Position numbers and translations under genes: made by a program
Assembly (NCBI GenBank): GCA_964471485.1
Contig: CAYYGQ010000001.1
Coordinates: forward strand, 1 to 35,202
DNA length: 35,202 nucleotides
Origin: an uncultured Sandaracinobacter sp.
Lineage (GTDB): Bacteria; Pseudomonadota; Alphaproteobacteria; Sphingomonadales; Sphingomonadaceae
Direction: 5' to 3'
Notes under the pieces: generated by a model
What the model was told of the DNA's origin: nothing
Database searches by the model: none
What the model saw: the letters and a program-made list of their open reading frames with translations, nothing else
In this document: positions 20,590-29,617 of the stretch, piece after piece
How the letters are laid out: every line of letters starts with the position of its first letter
How positions within the stretch are numbered: the first letter of the stretch is position 1

Positions 20590-22117
20590 GGACCACGGCC
20601 ATCGAAGAATGGAAACAGCCGGCCTCCGCCGGATACGGATAGGCGGCCTCCGCCGCCGGGTGCGGATAGGCGGCATCCGCCGGGTACAAATGGGCGGCAT
20701 CCGCCGCAGGATAGCGATAGGCGGCATCCGCCGCCGGGAACCGATGCTCGGTCTTTTCCCAGCGCAGCCCGCCCTCGTGGCCGAGCGCGCGCTGATAGCG
20801 GTCGACCGCCCGCATGGCGGCAAGGAAATTGACGAGGTTGCCGACCAGCGAACGCGGCACCGCCCGCAGCCCCTCGATCCAGCCATAGTCGCGCGCCACG
20901 AACAGGCCGCGCCACAGCAGCCGCCACAGCAGCATGGCCGCGTTCACCCACAACAGCGCCGAAAGCCAGCCGGATTCCGCGAACAGCGGCGGCAGCGCCT
21001 GGCCGGTCTCCGCCTCCAGCATCGAGCGCAACAGCACCTGCCCGCCAAGCATCGCCGCCGCCCCATAGGCAAGGAAGGTGACGGCAACGGCGAACAGCCC
21101 CTTGCGGTCGCGGGCCAGCCACCAGCGCGCCCAGAGCGAACCATCCCAGCCGAGCCGGTCCCAGCCAGAAAGGGCGATCCCCGTCAGCCAGCGCGATTTC
21201 TGCCGGACGGCGGCGTCCAGCGTCGCCGGAAAATATTCCCGCGTCGCCACCAGTTCGCCGCCCACCCGCACCCGCACCATGGCGGCCTTATGGCCGGCGC
21301 GGTGCAGCCGATAGCCAAGCTCGTAATCCTCGGTCAGGCTGTCGGAATCGAACGGCAGGCCGTCGGCGCCGGCCAGGCGCCGAAGCGCCCGGCAGTCGAT
21401 CGCGGTCCCCACTCCCGCCGACGGCACCGCCGCGCCCAGCAGGCCGCGCACCACCATGTCCTTGGCGTGCGATTCCGCGAACTCGTCCAGATAATGGCCG
21501 GAAATCCAGCGCGAATTCCGGTCGGCCAGCGGCAGCACCGGCAACTGCACCATGGCAAGCGCCGGCATGAAACGATCATAGACCTGCAATGACAGCGGAT
21601 GCACCACATCCTCGGCATCGTGCAGCACCACCGCCTTGTAGTCGACGCCGCCCAGCGCCGCCTCGTCCTCGACCGCCCGCCACAGCGCATTCAGGCAGTC
21701 GGCCTTGGTGGTGGGACCGGGGTGGCCGGTCGTCACCAGGCGGATCCTGGGGTCGCCGATCGAAGCGACCGCCTCCCTCGTCGCCGGATCGTTCGGATAG
21801 CAGCCGACGAACAGCCGATAGGAAGGATGTTGCAGGGTCGCCAGCAAGCGCCGCAGCATCGGCCCGATCACCGCGGCTTCGTCCCAGGCCGGAACGAGGA
21901 TGGCGAATGCGCCCGGCAGTGGCGGCGGTGCCGGCAGTGGCGGCAGCGCCGATCCGCCGCCCCGCCGCCGGCGCGCCAGCCGCCGCCACAGATAGAGCAG
22001 GTCGACCGCCAGATCGTCGAGACTGCAAAGCAGGATGCCAACGGCCCCCACCCACAGCAGTTCGCGCGCCAGAACGGTGAAGACGGCCAGCGCCGGGATC
22101 AGCAGTTCCGGGTTCAC
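20582..22117 (-). CDS. GT2 glycosyltransferase, NfrB (phage N4 adsorption B)-like, short form
   Basis: LDDLAVD, VPAWDE, GCYPND, GPTTKADCLN, HDAED, SAGVG, SLTEDYELG, RQKSRW, WEKTEHRFP. No MshEN extension. Confidence 0.9.
   Translation of the reverse strand: MNPELLIPALAVFTVLARELLWVGAVGILLCSLDDLAVDLLYLWRRLARRRRGGGSALPPLPAPPPLPGAFAILVPAWDEAAVIGPMLRRLLATLQHPSYRLFVGCYPNDPATREAVASIGDPRIRLVTTGHPGPTTKADCLNALWRAVEDEAALGGVDYKAVVLHDAEDVVHPLSLQVYDRFMPALAMVQLPVLPLADRNSRWISGHYLDEFAESHAKDMVVRGLLGAAVPSAGVGTAIDCRALRRLAGADGLPFDSDSLTEDYELGYRLHRAGHKAAMVRVRVGGELVATREYFPATLDAAVRQKSRWLTGIALSGWDRLGWDGSLWARWWLARDRKGLFAVAVTFLAYGAAAMLGGQVLLRSMLEAETGQALPPLFAESGWLSALLWVNAAMLLWRLLWRGLFVARDYGWIEGLRAVPRSLVGNLVNFLAAMRAVDRYQRALGHEGGLRWEKTEHRFPAADAAYRYPAADAAHLYPADAAYPHPAAEAAYPYPAEAGCFHSSMAVVRG
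20620..20746 (-). repeat. Five in-frame tandem units, alternating 24/27 bp, encoding (Y/F/H)PA(A)(D/E)AA
   Basis: Core GGC(A/C)TCCGCC at 20621, 20645, 20672, 20696 and 20723. Confidence 0.9.
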
Positions 22118-22317
22118 GCCCGTTCGCGGCCCGGAGCGGCCTGCACAGGGATGCCGGCGGCATCCACGGGCGGATTCGGCAAGGAACGACGAAATCGCAA
22201 CAGACGGCCCCCCAAGCCTCTGATGATCGCTGTTCCGTCCCCGCGTTAATGTTAATCAGGAAGCGGGTCGGAATTCAAGCGAATTGCACCCCGCCCCGCC
22301 GGGCGCTAGCAAAGGCC

Positions 22318-23226
22318 ATGTCCATCTGCCCTGAAACCGCAGTCCTCGACCTGATGCGCCGCGTCTGGGAAACGGGAAACGAACGCCACGACCGCACCGG
22401 TGTCGGCACCCGCGCGCTCTTCGGCGCCATGCTGCGCTTCGACCTCTCGGACGGCCGCGTGCCACTCCTCACCACCAAGCAGGTGTTCTGGAAGTCGGCG
22501 GTGAAGGAACTGCTGTGGTTTCTTTCCGGCGATACCAGCATCCGCCCGCTGCTGGCCGAAGGCGTGCACATCTGGACCGACTGGCCGCTGGCCCGCTACC
22601 GCAGCGAAAGCGGCGAGCCAATCGCCCGCGCCGACTTCGAGGCGCGAATCCTTGCCGACGAAGCCTTCGCCAGCCGCTGGGGCGACCTCGGCCCGGTCTA
22701 CGGCAAACAGTGGCGCCGCTGGCAGGGAGCGGACGGCCGGACGCACGACCAGATCGCCGCCCTGGTCGACAGCCTGCGCCGCAACCCCGCCGGCCGCCGC
22801 CACATCTTCACCGGCTGGAACGTCGCCGAACTGGCCGACATGGCGCTTCCCCCCTGCCACATGACCTATCAGTATTTCGTCGAGGATCGGCCGGACGGTC
22901 CCGGCCGGCTGTCCGGCATCCTCTACCAGCGCAGTTGCGACCTAGGGCTGGGCTTTCCCTTCAACATCTTCGAGGCGGCGCTGCTGGTGCGGATGCTGGC
23001 CGACCAGACCGGGCTGCTGCCGGGGGAACTGGTCTGGATGGGGGCGGATGTGCATTTGTATCTGAACCATGCCCATCTGGTGGAAACCCAGCTTTCCCGG
23101 ACGCCGCGCCCCTTCCCGCACCTGAATCTGAAGCCGGCGGCCGATCTTTTCTCCTACCGCCTGGCGGATTTCGAGCTCGACGGCTATGATCCGCACCCGC
23201 GCATCCCGGCTCCGGTCGCGGTCTGA
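22318..23226 (+). CDS. thyA: Thymidylate synthase
   Basis: DRTGVGT, PLLTTK, ELLWF, LGPVYGKQWR, MALPPCH, YQRSCD, PFN, HLYLNH. Confidence 0.97.
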   Translation: MSICPETAVLDLMRRVWETGNERHDRTGVGTRALFGAMLRFDLSDGRVPLLTTKQVFWKSAVKELLWFLSGDTSIRPLLAEGVHIWTDWPLARYRSESGEPIARADFEARILADEAFASRWGDLGPVYGKQWRRWQGADGRTHDQIAALVDSLRRNPAGRRHIFTGWNVAELADMALPPCHMTYQYFVEDRPDGPGRLSGILYQRSCDLGLGFPFNIFEAALLVRMLADQTGLLPGELVWMGADVHLYLNHAHLVETQLSRTPRPFPHLNLKPAADLFSYRLADFELDGYDPHPRIPAPVAV

Positions 23227-23315
23227 GCGGCGCGATTGCGCTTGAACGGCCGGTCGCTCCCTGCTAGGCGCGCGCTCACCAGTCGGCGGGCGTGCCCCGC
23301 TGGATTTCATGGCGT

Positions 23316-23402
23316 GCGGTCGTGGCGGAACTGGTAGACGCGCAGCGTTGAGGTCGCTGTGGCCGAAAGGCCGTGGAAGTTCGAGTCTTCTCGACCGCAC
23401 CA
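23316..23402 (+). tRNA. tRNA-Leu(GAG)
   Basis: GCGGTCG/CGACCGC acceptor stem, CAGCG-TTGAGGT-CGCTG anticodon arm, GGCC-GAAA-GGCC long variable arm, GTTCGA T-loop, encoded CCA. Confidence 0.97.
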
Positions 23403-23716
23403 CTCATTCCGGGGTGACACCGGGTTTTCCGGTGATGTGAGTGGTTCCGCAAATTGTCCGCATTTTCCGTGGCTTTGCGCATGGTATGCAGGGCCGGTGC
23501 AGTAAGAGACGCGCTTTCCGGGGGCAGCCATGGCCGCACGGGCGAGGCGTTCTCTGCCGACCGGCAACCTGACTGCAGCTGGTCTTTTCCCATGTTTGCA
23601 GGCCTGCCTGCCGCAGGCCGGAACCGGGCGGGCAATGTTCTGCACTGCGGTTTTATCGTCACCAACGAACACATCCGTCACGGCGGGTGGGTGACAGTCA
23701 TCCCACGGTGCGCGCT

Positions 23717-24268
23717 TCAAAGGCCGAGCATCTGCTCCTGCGCGTGCCAGTCGAGGGGAAGAGGTGTGTTCAACAGCATCTTGCGGGTAACCGTTCGCGG
23801 CACACTACCGTCGGCGATGGCCTCGACGATCTTTGGTGCAAGCCAGGAGAGGCGCACGAGGCGAGCGAGGCGGGTCCGGCATCTTCCCTCGCGATGGGCG
23901 ATGGCGGCAATCGACATTCCCGGCGCCCGCAGCACCAGATCGCGCGCGCCTTGCGCTTCGACCAGCAAAAGAAGCAACTCGTGATTGGCATCGTTGATTG
24001 GTTGTGCAGCGTCCGCTCCAGCGTCGATGCACAGCCGTGCCTCGCGAAAGGGCCGCCGGGCAGGCAATGGCAACAGCAGCGGCCAGTCGTCCGCCTCGCC
24101 GCCGAGCCCGAGCGCTCGTGGATCAAGTATCAACTCGATACCACCATCCCGATCCGCCGCCAGACCCTGCACCGGCGTGCCGTGGCGCCGCGCCCATGCC
24201 GCCCGTAGTTCGGCAGGCGACATCGCCTCCAGCCTTGCGAGCGTCAGATGTGGTCCGCGTCCCATCAT
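23717..24268 (-). pseudogene. In-frame chimera of the DUF2924 N-terminus and a serine-recombinase C-terminal domain
   Basis: LARLEAMSPAELRAAWARRHG (DUF2924 start) joined near 24155 to SIAAIAHREG..LARLVRLSWLAPKIVEAIADG..LPLDWHAQEQMLG (recombinase tail). Catalytic resolvase domain missing. Confidence 0.75.
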
Positions 24269-24690
24269 GCGCTCCCCAGCCGGTAGACAGATGGCCGGGT
24301 CTGTCTGTCTTCACCGGCAGGGCATCGTTCGCAGACGATGACGTATCCCCTCCTGCGTAGTCCGCTCAGCATGGCGCGCGTGGTGTGCGGCAGCCAGCTG
24401 GTTGCCTCAACCAGCTGCGCGACGGTTGCACCTTCCGACCGAGTCAACAGCGCAAGGATCAGCTCCGTCTTCGATGGCTGCATCCCGGCAACGCGGGCGG
24501 GCGTCTCCGCTTGTGAAGCCGCGGCCGGACACTTCGCAGCCGTCGTTTTCCGCATCGGCCGATCCGCCAGTGCCGAAGCCCCGGCTTGTGGCGATTTCCG
24601 CTGACGGACCTTGCGCGTGCCGCGTTCGATGGTCCCTTTCGATCCGCGTGCGTCAGGATTCGTTGCAGCGCTACCGGTGGTGTTCATCAT
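24265..24690 (-). CDS. DUF3489 domain protein (wHTH-like)
   Basis: SKTELILALLTRSEGATVAQLVEATSWLPHTTRAMLSGLRRRG..SVYRL; AAGGAG RBS before ATG 24690; ATGA overlap with the next gene. Confidence 0.88.
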   Translation of the reverse strand: MMNTTGSAATNPDARGSKGTIERGTRKVRQRKSPQAGASALADRPMRKTTAAKCPAAASQAETPARVAGMQPSKTELILALLTRSEGATVAQLVEATSWLPHTTRAMLSGLRRRGYVIVCERCPAGEDRQTRPSVYRLGSA

Positions 24691-24806
24691 GGTTCTCCTT
24701 GTCCGGGAAGGCACCACGCCCTCCCACCAGGAGAAGCCCTGCCGGTTTCCCGGTCAGGGCCGGCCCCCAAAGGGCCGTCATCCATGTCTGCACCCGTCAG
24801 CAGCGA

Positions 24807-25043
24807 TCAGCCGGCATATTCTCCCTCGCGGAACAGTTGGTCACGCACCTCGCGCAGCTGTGCCAGTACATGCCGGAGCGAGCCGACATCGCCCCAGTTG
24901 ACCGAGTCAGGATCTGCACCAAAGTGATCATCGCTCATCTCCCGCAGACGCTCGAGGATGGCATCGATCTCCAGCTTTGCCGCGACGAACGCAGCAAGCG
25001 CCTGTGGCCTTCCCATTCGCCCGCAGTCCGTGCTTTTCCACAT
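24807..25043 (-). CDS. Small conserved phage/element protein commonly upstream of DUF3489
   Basis: ALAAFVAAKLEIDAILERLREMSDDHFGADPDSVNWGDVGSL...GEYAG motif; GGAG upstream of ATG 25043. Confidence 0.7.
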   Translation of the reverse strand: MWKSTDCGRMGRPQALAAFVAAKLEIDAILERLREMSDDHFGADPDSVNWGDVGSLRHVLAQLREVRDQLFREGEYAG

Positions 25044-25126
25044 TTTTCGACTCTCTCCACTGTTCGATCGCACGACACCACAATGCTTGCTTTCAGCCAC
25101 AAGGGAAGTGCAAAAACACCACATTC

Positions 25127-25721
25127 TCAGTCCCGTATGCCGCGTCGACCCTGCGCTCGCGAACCGTCGCCCGGGACAGCCGCGGCACGTCTCGCAGTTG
25201 CACCGTTCGTAAGCCTGCGACGCCACCATTCGCGCATGTCGGAGTCGGGACGCGGCGCGTCCTTCTCCCACGACCGGTCCTTGAGTTCAGCCTTGCAGCG
25301 ATCCGGCAGTACCTCGTTGATCTGGTCGAACCTTGCCTGCGCCCGATGCCAGTCCTCGAGCAGCATCGCTCTCTTCCCGGGACTGCGCGCCTTGCGATAA
25401 AGACCCGCATAACCACTGACGTCATCCTGATACTCTGCCCTCCACTCCAGCAGCAGGTCCTGATTGGCTTTCTCCTCCGGCGAGAATGGCCCTCTGAGCC
25501 GTACTTCTCCCGTTCTCGGATTGATGTCGATATCGTCCGGATGCGGAATCATCTCCGGAGGCTCGATGCCAAGTGCCCGGCAACGCTCGAGTTCGCGCTC
25601 GGCCCCTTGCTTGTAGATTGTCATCTGCTCGAACAGTTCCTGCCGGCTCTTGCGGGCTTCTTCCTCCACGTCGTTCACCAGCTGCACGATCAGCTGCCGG
25701 GCAGGCCGGTTGCCCTTGACT
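25127..25721 (-). pseudogene. DUF5681-family protein, 5'-truncated
   Basis: VKGNRPARQL..YKQ..ERELER..LGI..P..IPHPDDIDINPRTGEV..RGP is the typical C-terminal half. The N-terminal GQSGNP-type domain is replaced by IS5 sequence. Confidence 0.65.
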
Positions 25722-25803
25722 ACCGCTGCGCTCATGCGTTCTTCTCCGCCATCCGCATCGCGGCTACCGTCATCTTCTGGCTCTGATCAATGAGTCCTGA
25801 GCC
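25722..25803 (+). mobile_element. IS5-family (IS427-like) right end only
   Basis: RCAHAFFSAIRIAATVIFWL* transposase tail, then TCAATGAGTCCTGAGCC terminal IR, then TA. Confidence 0.8.
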
Positions 25804-25945
25804 TAATGTCACTGCACGATCTGGAACTCGAGTAAATCGCCATGGAGAAAGGCTTCTGACGCTCATCGCTGAAGAAGAAAGCGCTGACGTGCAACCTATC
25901 AGGTCTTGCAGCAGGTGCGATCGGCGCAAGACGATGCGTGCCGGC

Positions 25946-26938
25946 CTATTGAACACCCCGTGGCAGCTGGAAGCGCCGAGAAAAGCAAAGCGTCGCAACC
26001 TGGTTATCTTGAGACACTGGGAGACCTTCGAATACAACGCTCAAACCCCCTACATTCACGCTCATACCGGGGCCAGCCAGGCATGACGGTGGAAACACGC
26101 CACCTGGTCCGACAATCCACGGAAAATGGTGAACCTCTCGTCCCTCTTGAGAATGATCGTCTGCACGCAACACCTCCGGTCGGGGACAGATGTCGGGTTT
26201 GCGGCCGATCACATGGCGCTCCATCGGAAAGAAACGGCAGCGAATCGATTCGCCCATGGCCGGATTCGGGATCGTGACTGCCGAAACATTGGCGCCGATG
26301 CCCGGGGCACGACAGGCACGAACGAAGTCAACAAGTTGTTCCGCAATCCATGACGGCGTCACTTTGGATTCATTTGAGACTATTGTCTGACACAAGTGCT
26401 TCAGCCGTTCCGGCTCTGCCAGCATGCCAGCCCACATGATGCACGCCCCGTTCCTCGTCACATGACGCGGTGCCATCACCGGACTTTGTATGCGCCCATC
26501 TGACACATCAAATCTGTACCAAAGTGGGCGAGCCAGCCCATGGTGATTCCATTGAAAGCCGGCTGCTCTGATCTGCACCAAGTCCTCCTTTTTAAGGCGC
26601 CCTTGCAATTGTTCGCAAATCAGCCGCATGGCTTTCCCGACATCCATCGGCTTGCAGACATCGCCCATGGCGAACCCGCCTGCACCCTCGGCATTTCGTG
26701 TTGCCGCACCTCCCGTCAGAAGATTGGCTATCCATTCGTCGGTTGGCAGGCATCCGATAAAGGCGCGACCTGCATAGCCGATGACGCAAATGCCGTCGCG
26801 ACCTATGAAGACAATCTGCTTTACCGCACATTCGTCGAGCGGCTGGATTTCCGATCTTCCGAGATAGGATACTGACACCAGACGATCGGCAACCTGAATT
26901 GCCACCTTTGCTGAGATGTATGAAACGACAAGAGTCAT
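25946..26938 (-). CDS. Hypothetical protein with proteasome-beta/Ntn-hydrolase signature
   Basis: Starts M-T; Asp at mature position 17 (VADR), a Lys after a short insert (AVKQ), IGYAG and GIGANV motifs; intact 330-aa ORF. Confidence 0.65.
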   Translation of the reverse strand: MTLVVSYISAKVAIQVADRLVSVSYLGRSEIQPLDECAVKQIVFIGRDGICVIGYAGRAFIGCLPTDEWIANLLTGGAATRNAEGAGGFAMGDVCKPMDVGKAMRLICEQLQGRLKKEDLVQIRAAGFQWNHHGLARPLWYRFDVSDGRIQSPVMAPRHVTRNGACIMWAGMLAEPERLKHLCQTIVSNESKVTPSWIAEQLVDFVRACRAPGIGANVSAVTIPNPAMGESIRCRFFPMERHVIGRKPDICPRPEVLRADDHSQEGREVHHFPWIVGPGGVFPPSCLAGPGMSVNVGGLSVVFEGLPVSQDNQVATLCFSRRFQLPRGVQ

Positions 26939-27039
26939 GGTTTAATTCTAGTGCATATTGACAACAGTATAAAGTCCTTCCCGAGCCAACATTGGCCCTT
27001 CCTCTCAGGAGTTGGGGTCTCCGGCAATCCCGGGGCGGT

Positions 27040-27169
27040 TCAGTTGCATGACCTGGTGCAGCATCTCGAGACACACCCGACGAGCGATCTTGCCGATGCG
27101 GGCTTCCCCGCCGACTGGCTTGACCGTCCGCTATGGAGAGAGGCAAAGAGCAACACTGCTGTCTGGTAG
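27040..27169 (+). pseudogene. Abi-family (AbiD/F-like) C-terminal fragment
   Basis: LHDLVQHLETHPTSDLADAGFPADWLDRPLW resembles the GFP..W..P.W tail of Abi_2 proteins; no upstream domain. Confidence 0.55.
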
Positions 27170-27211
27170 TGCTTCATTACCAACAAAGAGATAGCGGCAA
27201 GCAGGGGGCGT

Positions 27212-27295
27212 ATGGGCACGCTGGAAAAACAGATCGAGGACGGGCTGATCAAAAAGCTCGAAGCCCTCAAATACACTTGGCGCGCTGATATCAGA
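27212..27295 (+). pseudogene. hsdR: Type I restriction subunit R, first ~28 codons only
   Basis: GGGGG RBS, then MGTLEKQIEDGLIKKLEALKYTWRADIR, a typical HsdR N-terminus; cut by the opposite-strand fragment. Confidence 0.6.
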
Positions 27296-28652
27296 TCGGC
27301 AATTCGACCATCGGCCAGGCGAAGAGCGTAGGCGGTTGCGCCGCGTTCCGGCAACGCAATCGCATTGGCGGGGGCAAAGCGATGGGGCCATGGCGTTGAG
27401 GCACTCACGAGTTCCGACGCGAGTTGGGCGCCGATCAATTCGGGCAGGTCGCCCGACCAGTCGACCGAGGCCAGGGGACGCTCGAGTTGGACTTCGGTTT
27501 TGACCAGCCGGCCGATCGCGAAACGGAGCACGCCACTGCCGGCTTCGAGCAGTTTGTTGCGTGCGGAGTCTGAATAGAGAGCCTGGAGAAGCGGCGACCC
27601 CTCGTCGATCGTCGTCGGGAGTTCGCCGACACGCGCAAAACTCCGCACGATCAACCGGCCACCGATCTCCAGTTCCGCGGACACGCCGAGGTCGCGTAAC
27701 GCGATCGGACTCTCGACACGGATTTGGAGCCGCTGCTCGATCAACGCCTCGAAGGCGCTGTCGCGCTCGAACAGACTGAGGTCCACCGGCGCATTTTCGG
27801 GCGGCAGAGCAACCTCGCATCGTGCGCCCGGATGGCCGGCTGGTCCGGAGATAGCCGTCACTCGTTCGCCGGCAGTCAAGGCACGCGGCGCCTCTGCCGA
27901 GAGTGGCGGACCTGATTTGAAGAGCAGGAATGGACGGCCCGGACGAACGATCGCTTGCGGAGCGGCAATCGCATCGGCCGGGTGGCGCGCGATGGAGGAA
28001 CGGGCATTATCGGAAAGCATGCCCGCGGCAGCGAGAATTGCGCGTTCGTCATTGTCGCGCAAATTGGCCTCGAAGATGCGATAGCCACATACCGAGCCGA
28101 GCGGTCGCAGGCGCTCGATCGCCGAGCCCTTGATCCGTATGCCCACCCACGCGGTCTCCGCGTCCAACGGGAAGGCACGCTCGGACGGGCCTTCGAAGCG
28201 GAGCCAGTCAGCTAGACGGGCGCCCTCAGCGGCGCTTGCCCATGCGCGCAAGCTCGCAAAATTGGCGGCACGGCCGGGACCTGGTAGAGCGGCAACAGGC
28301 GCGCGGGTCATGAGACGTCCGATCGAACCGACCAGATCGATCGGCAGCAGGGCGTTGGCGATAGGCCAAGAGATGATGGAGAAATGGCTGCTGAAGGCAC
28401 TCTCGGAAGGCTGGGATATCTTGTATTTTGCGGCAAGCGCCGCGAACGCATCACCGATCTGAGCGCGCTGCGCCATGGTGACGGGAAGACCGAGGGCATC
28501 GCTCAGCTTCGCCCAATATTCGGTTCCTACGCCCTCAAAGCGAAAGCCGATCTCCGCTGCGGCGGCGCATACGAACAGGGGCGCTCGGGAAAGCAGGCCA
28601 TCCAGGCTCTGCTTCGGAACCAGGGGCGTCAGTTCATCGAAAGGCGCTGGCC
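27296..28652 (-). pseudogene. Internal fragment of a large hypothetical protein (defence-island type)
   Basis: The frame of ORF 27040..28476 stays open upstream of its ATG (..AAEIGFRFEGVGTEYWAKLSDALG..) to the junction with the MTase, and runs into antisense hsdR downstream. Both ends missing. Confidence 0.6.
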
Positions 28653-29201
28653 ATAGGTGTCGGCGCTGGTGGCATCGCCGCAGATCAGCCGGTGCGGCCC
28701 CACTGCCCAGATGTCGCCCAGGCGGGTAACCGCGACTTCTTCCGGTTCGGGCGCCTCGTCGAGCGGATCGGGCTCGCCGGCATCCGCTATCGGGTTGATG
28801 AGCAGATCGATCTCTGGCCAGTCAAAGCCGGTCAGGGTCAGGTCGAAATCGAGATCGAGCGCCTGCAGTTCGCCCAGTTCGAGCCGCAGCATCTCCGTGT
28901 CCCAGCCGGCGTTGAGCGCCAACTGATTGTCGGCGATGGCATAGGCGCGCAGTTGCTCGGGTGTCAGATGGTCGAGCCGCACGGTCGGCACGCGGGTCAT
29001 GCCGAGCTTTGCGGCCGCCTTCAGCCGACCATGCCCGGCGATCACCTTGTTGTCGGCATCGATCAGGACCGGCACGGTGAAGCCGAACTCGGCGATGCTG
29101 GCGGAGATCTGCGCGATCTGCTTCGCCGAATGGGTGCGCGCGTTGCGCGCATTGGGCTTCAGCAAGCCCGGTTCGATATAGTCGATGGAAAGATTGTCCA
29201 T
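28629..29201 (-). pseudogene. ParB-like N-domain / DNA methyltransferase, truncated at the start of the MTase domain
   Basis: ARNARTHS..QI..SI.EFGF..PVLID..VIAGHGRL..IADNQLA.NAGWD, then GDIWAVGPHRLICGDAT. No DPPY or FxGxG motifs remain. Confidence 0.88.
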
Positions 29202-29472
29202 GGGACCGCTCCAACAAACCGGAGCGATGGCCATTATAACAAGGCGTGCGCTCCGGAGGTTATCCGAAACCACGCCTTCCCCATGGTCAGCGATCGACCC
29301 TTCCGGGCGGGACCGGAGCCATGCCAGGCCGATCCGTCCTGCGACGGCATGAGCATCGCGGCCATGCCGCGCGTCAGCTTCCGTCTCGGGTGCCCGATAT
29401 ATAGGCGATCGCGGGCACGCCGTAAAGAAGGTCAACTGTCCGGCCTGCTGGCCGCGCTGCGCCGGTAGGGCG

Positions 29473-29617
29473 TTTTCCCTGCTGATGACGGGGAAATTCC
29501 CTGCCAGCGGTGAGCAGGGAATTTGGAGCTCAGACTGTTGAATGAAGGCGGGTTTTCTCGCCAAAATCGCGACAATTCGGCTTCGAAATGCCTGAAAGTG
29601 CGATTAGCAGGGAATTT
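29473..29617. repeat. Cluster of (A)GCAGGGAATTT motifs at the element end
   Basis: Perfect 11-bp IR AAATTCCCTGC (29494-29504) / GCAGGGAATTT (29514-29524), direct copy at 29606-29617, partial copy at 29473-29484. Confidence 0.85.

Noticed and set aside
20620-20746. Repeat array as a mini-CRISPR
   Set aside because: Units are contiguous, in frame and coding, with no unique spacers and no cas genes.
20590-20886. N-terminal RRMPPI repeats of ORF 19225..20886
   Set aside because: An alternate-frame reading of the nfrB tail; the real start is more likely GTG 20589.
22244-22256. GTTAATGTTAATC (and GTTAAACTGTTAAC at ~29737) as CtrA boxes
   Set aside because: The spacing is not TTAA-N7-TTAA.
22942-23403. 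ORF MVRSRRLELPRPFGHSDLNAARLP
   Set aside because: Antisense translation of tRNA-Leu and thyA.
29202-29564. 121-aa N-terminal extension of the ParB-MTase ORF
   Set aside because: Family similarity starts at MDNLSIDY, which has its own RBS; the upstream DNA is repeat/hairpin leader.
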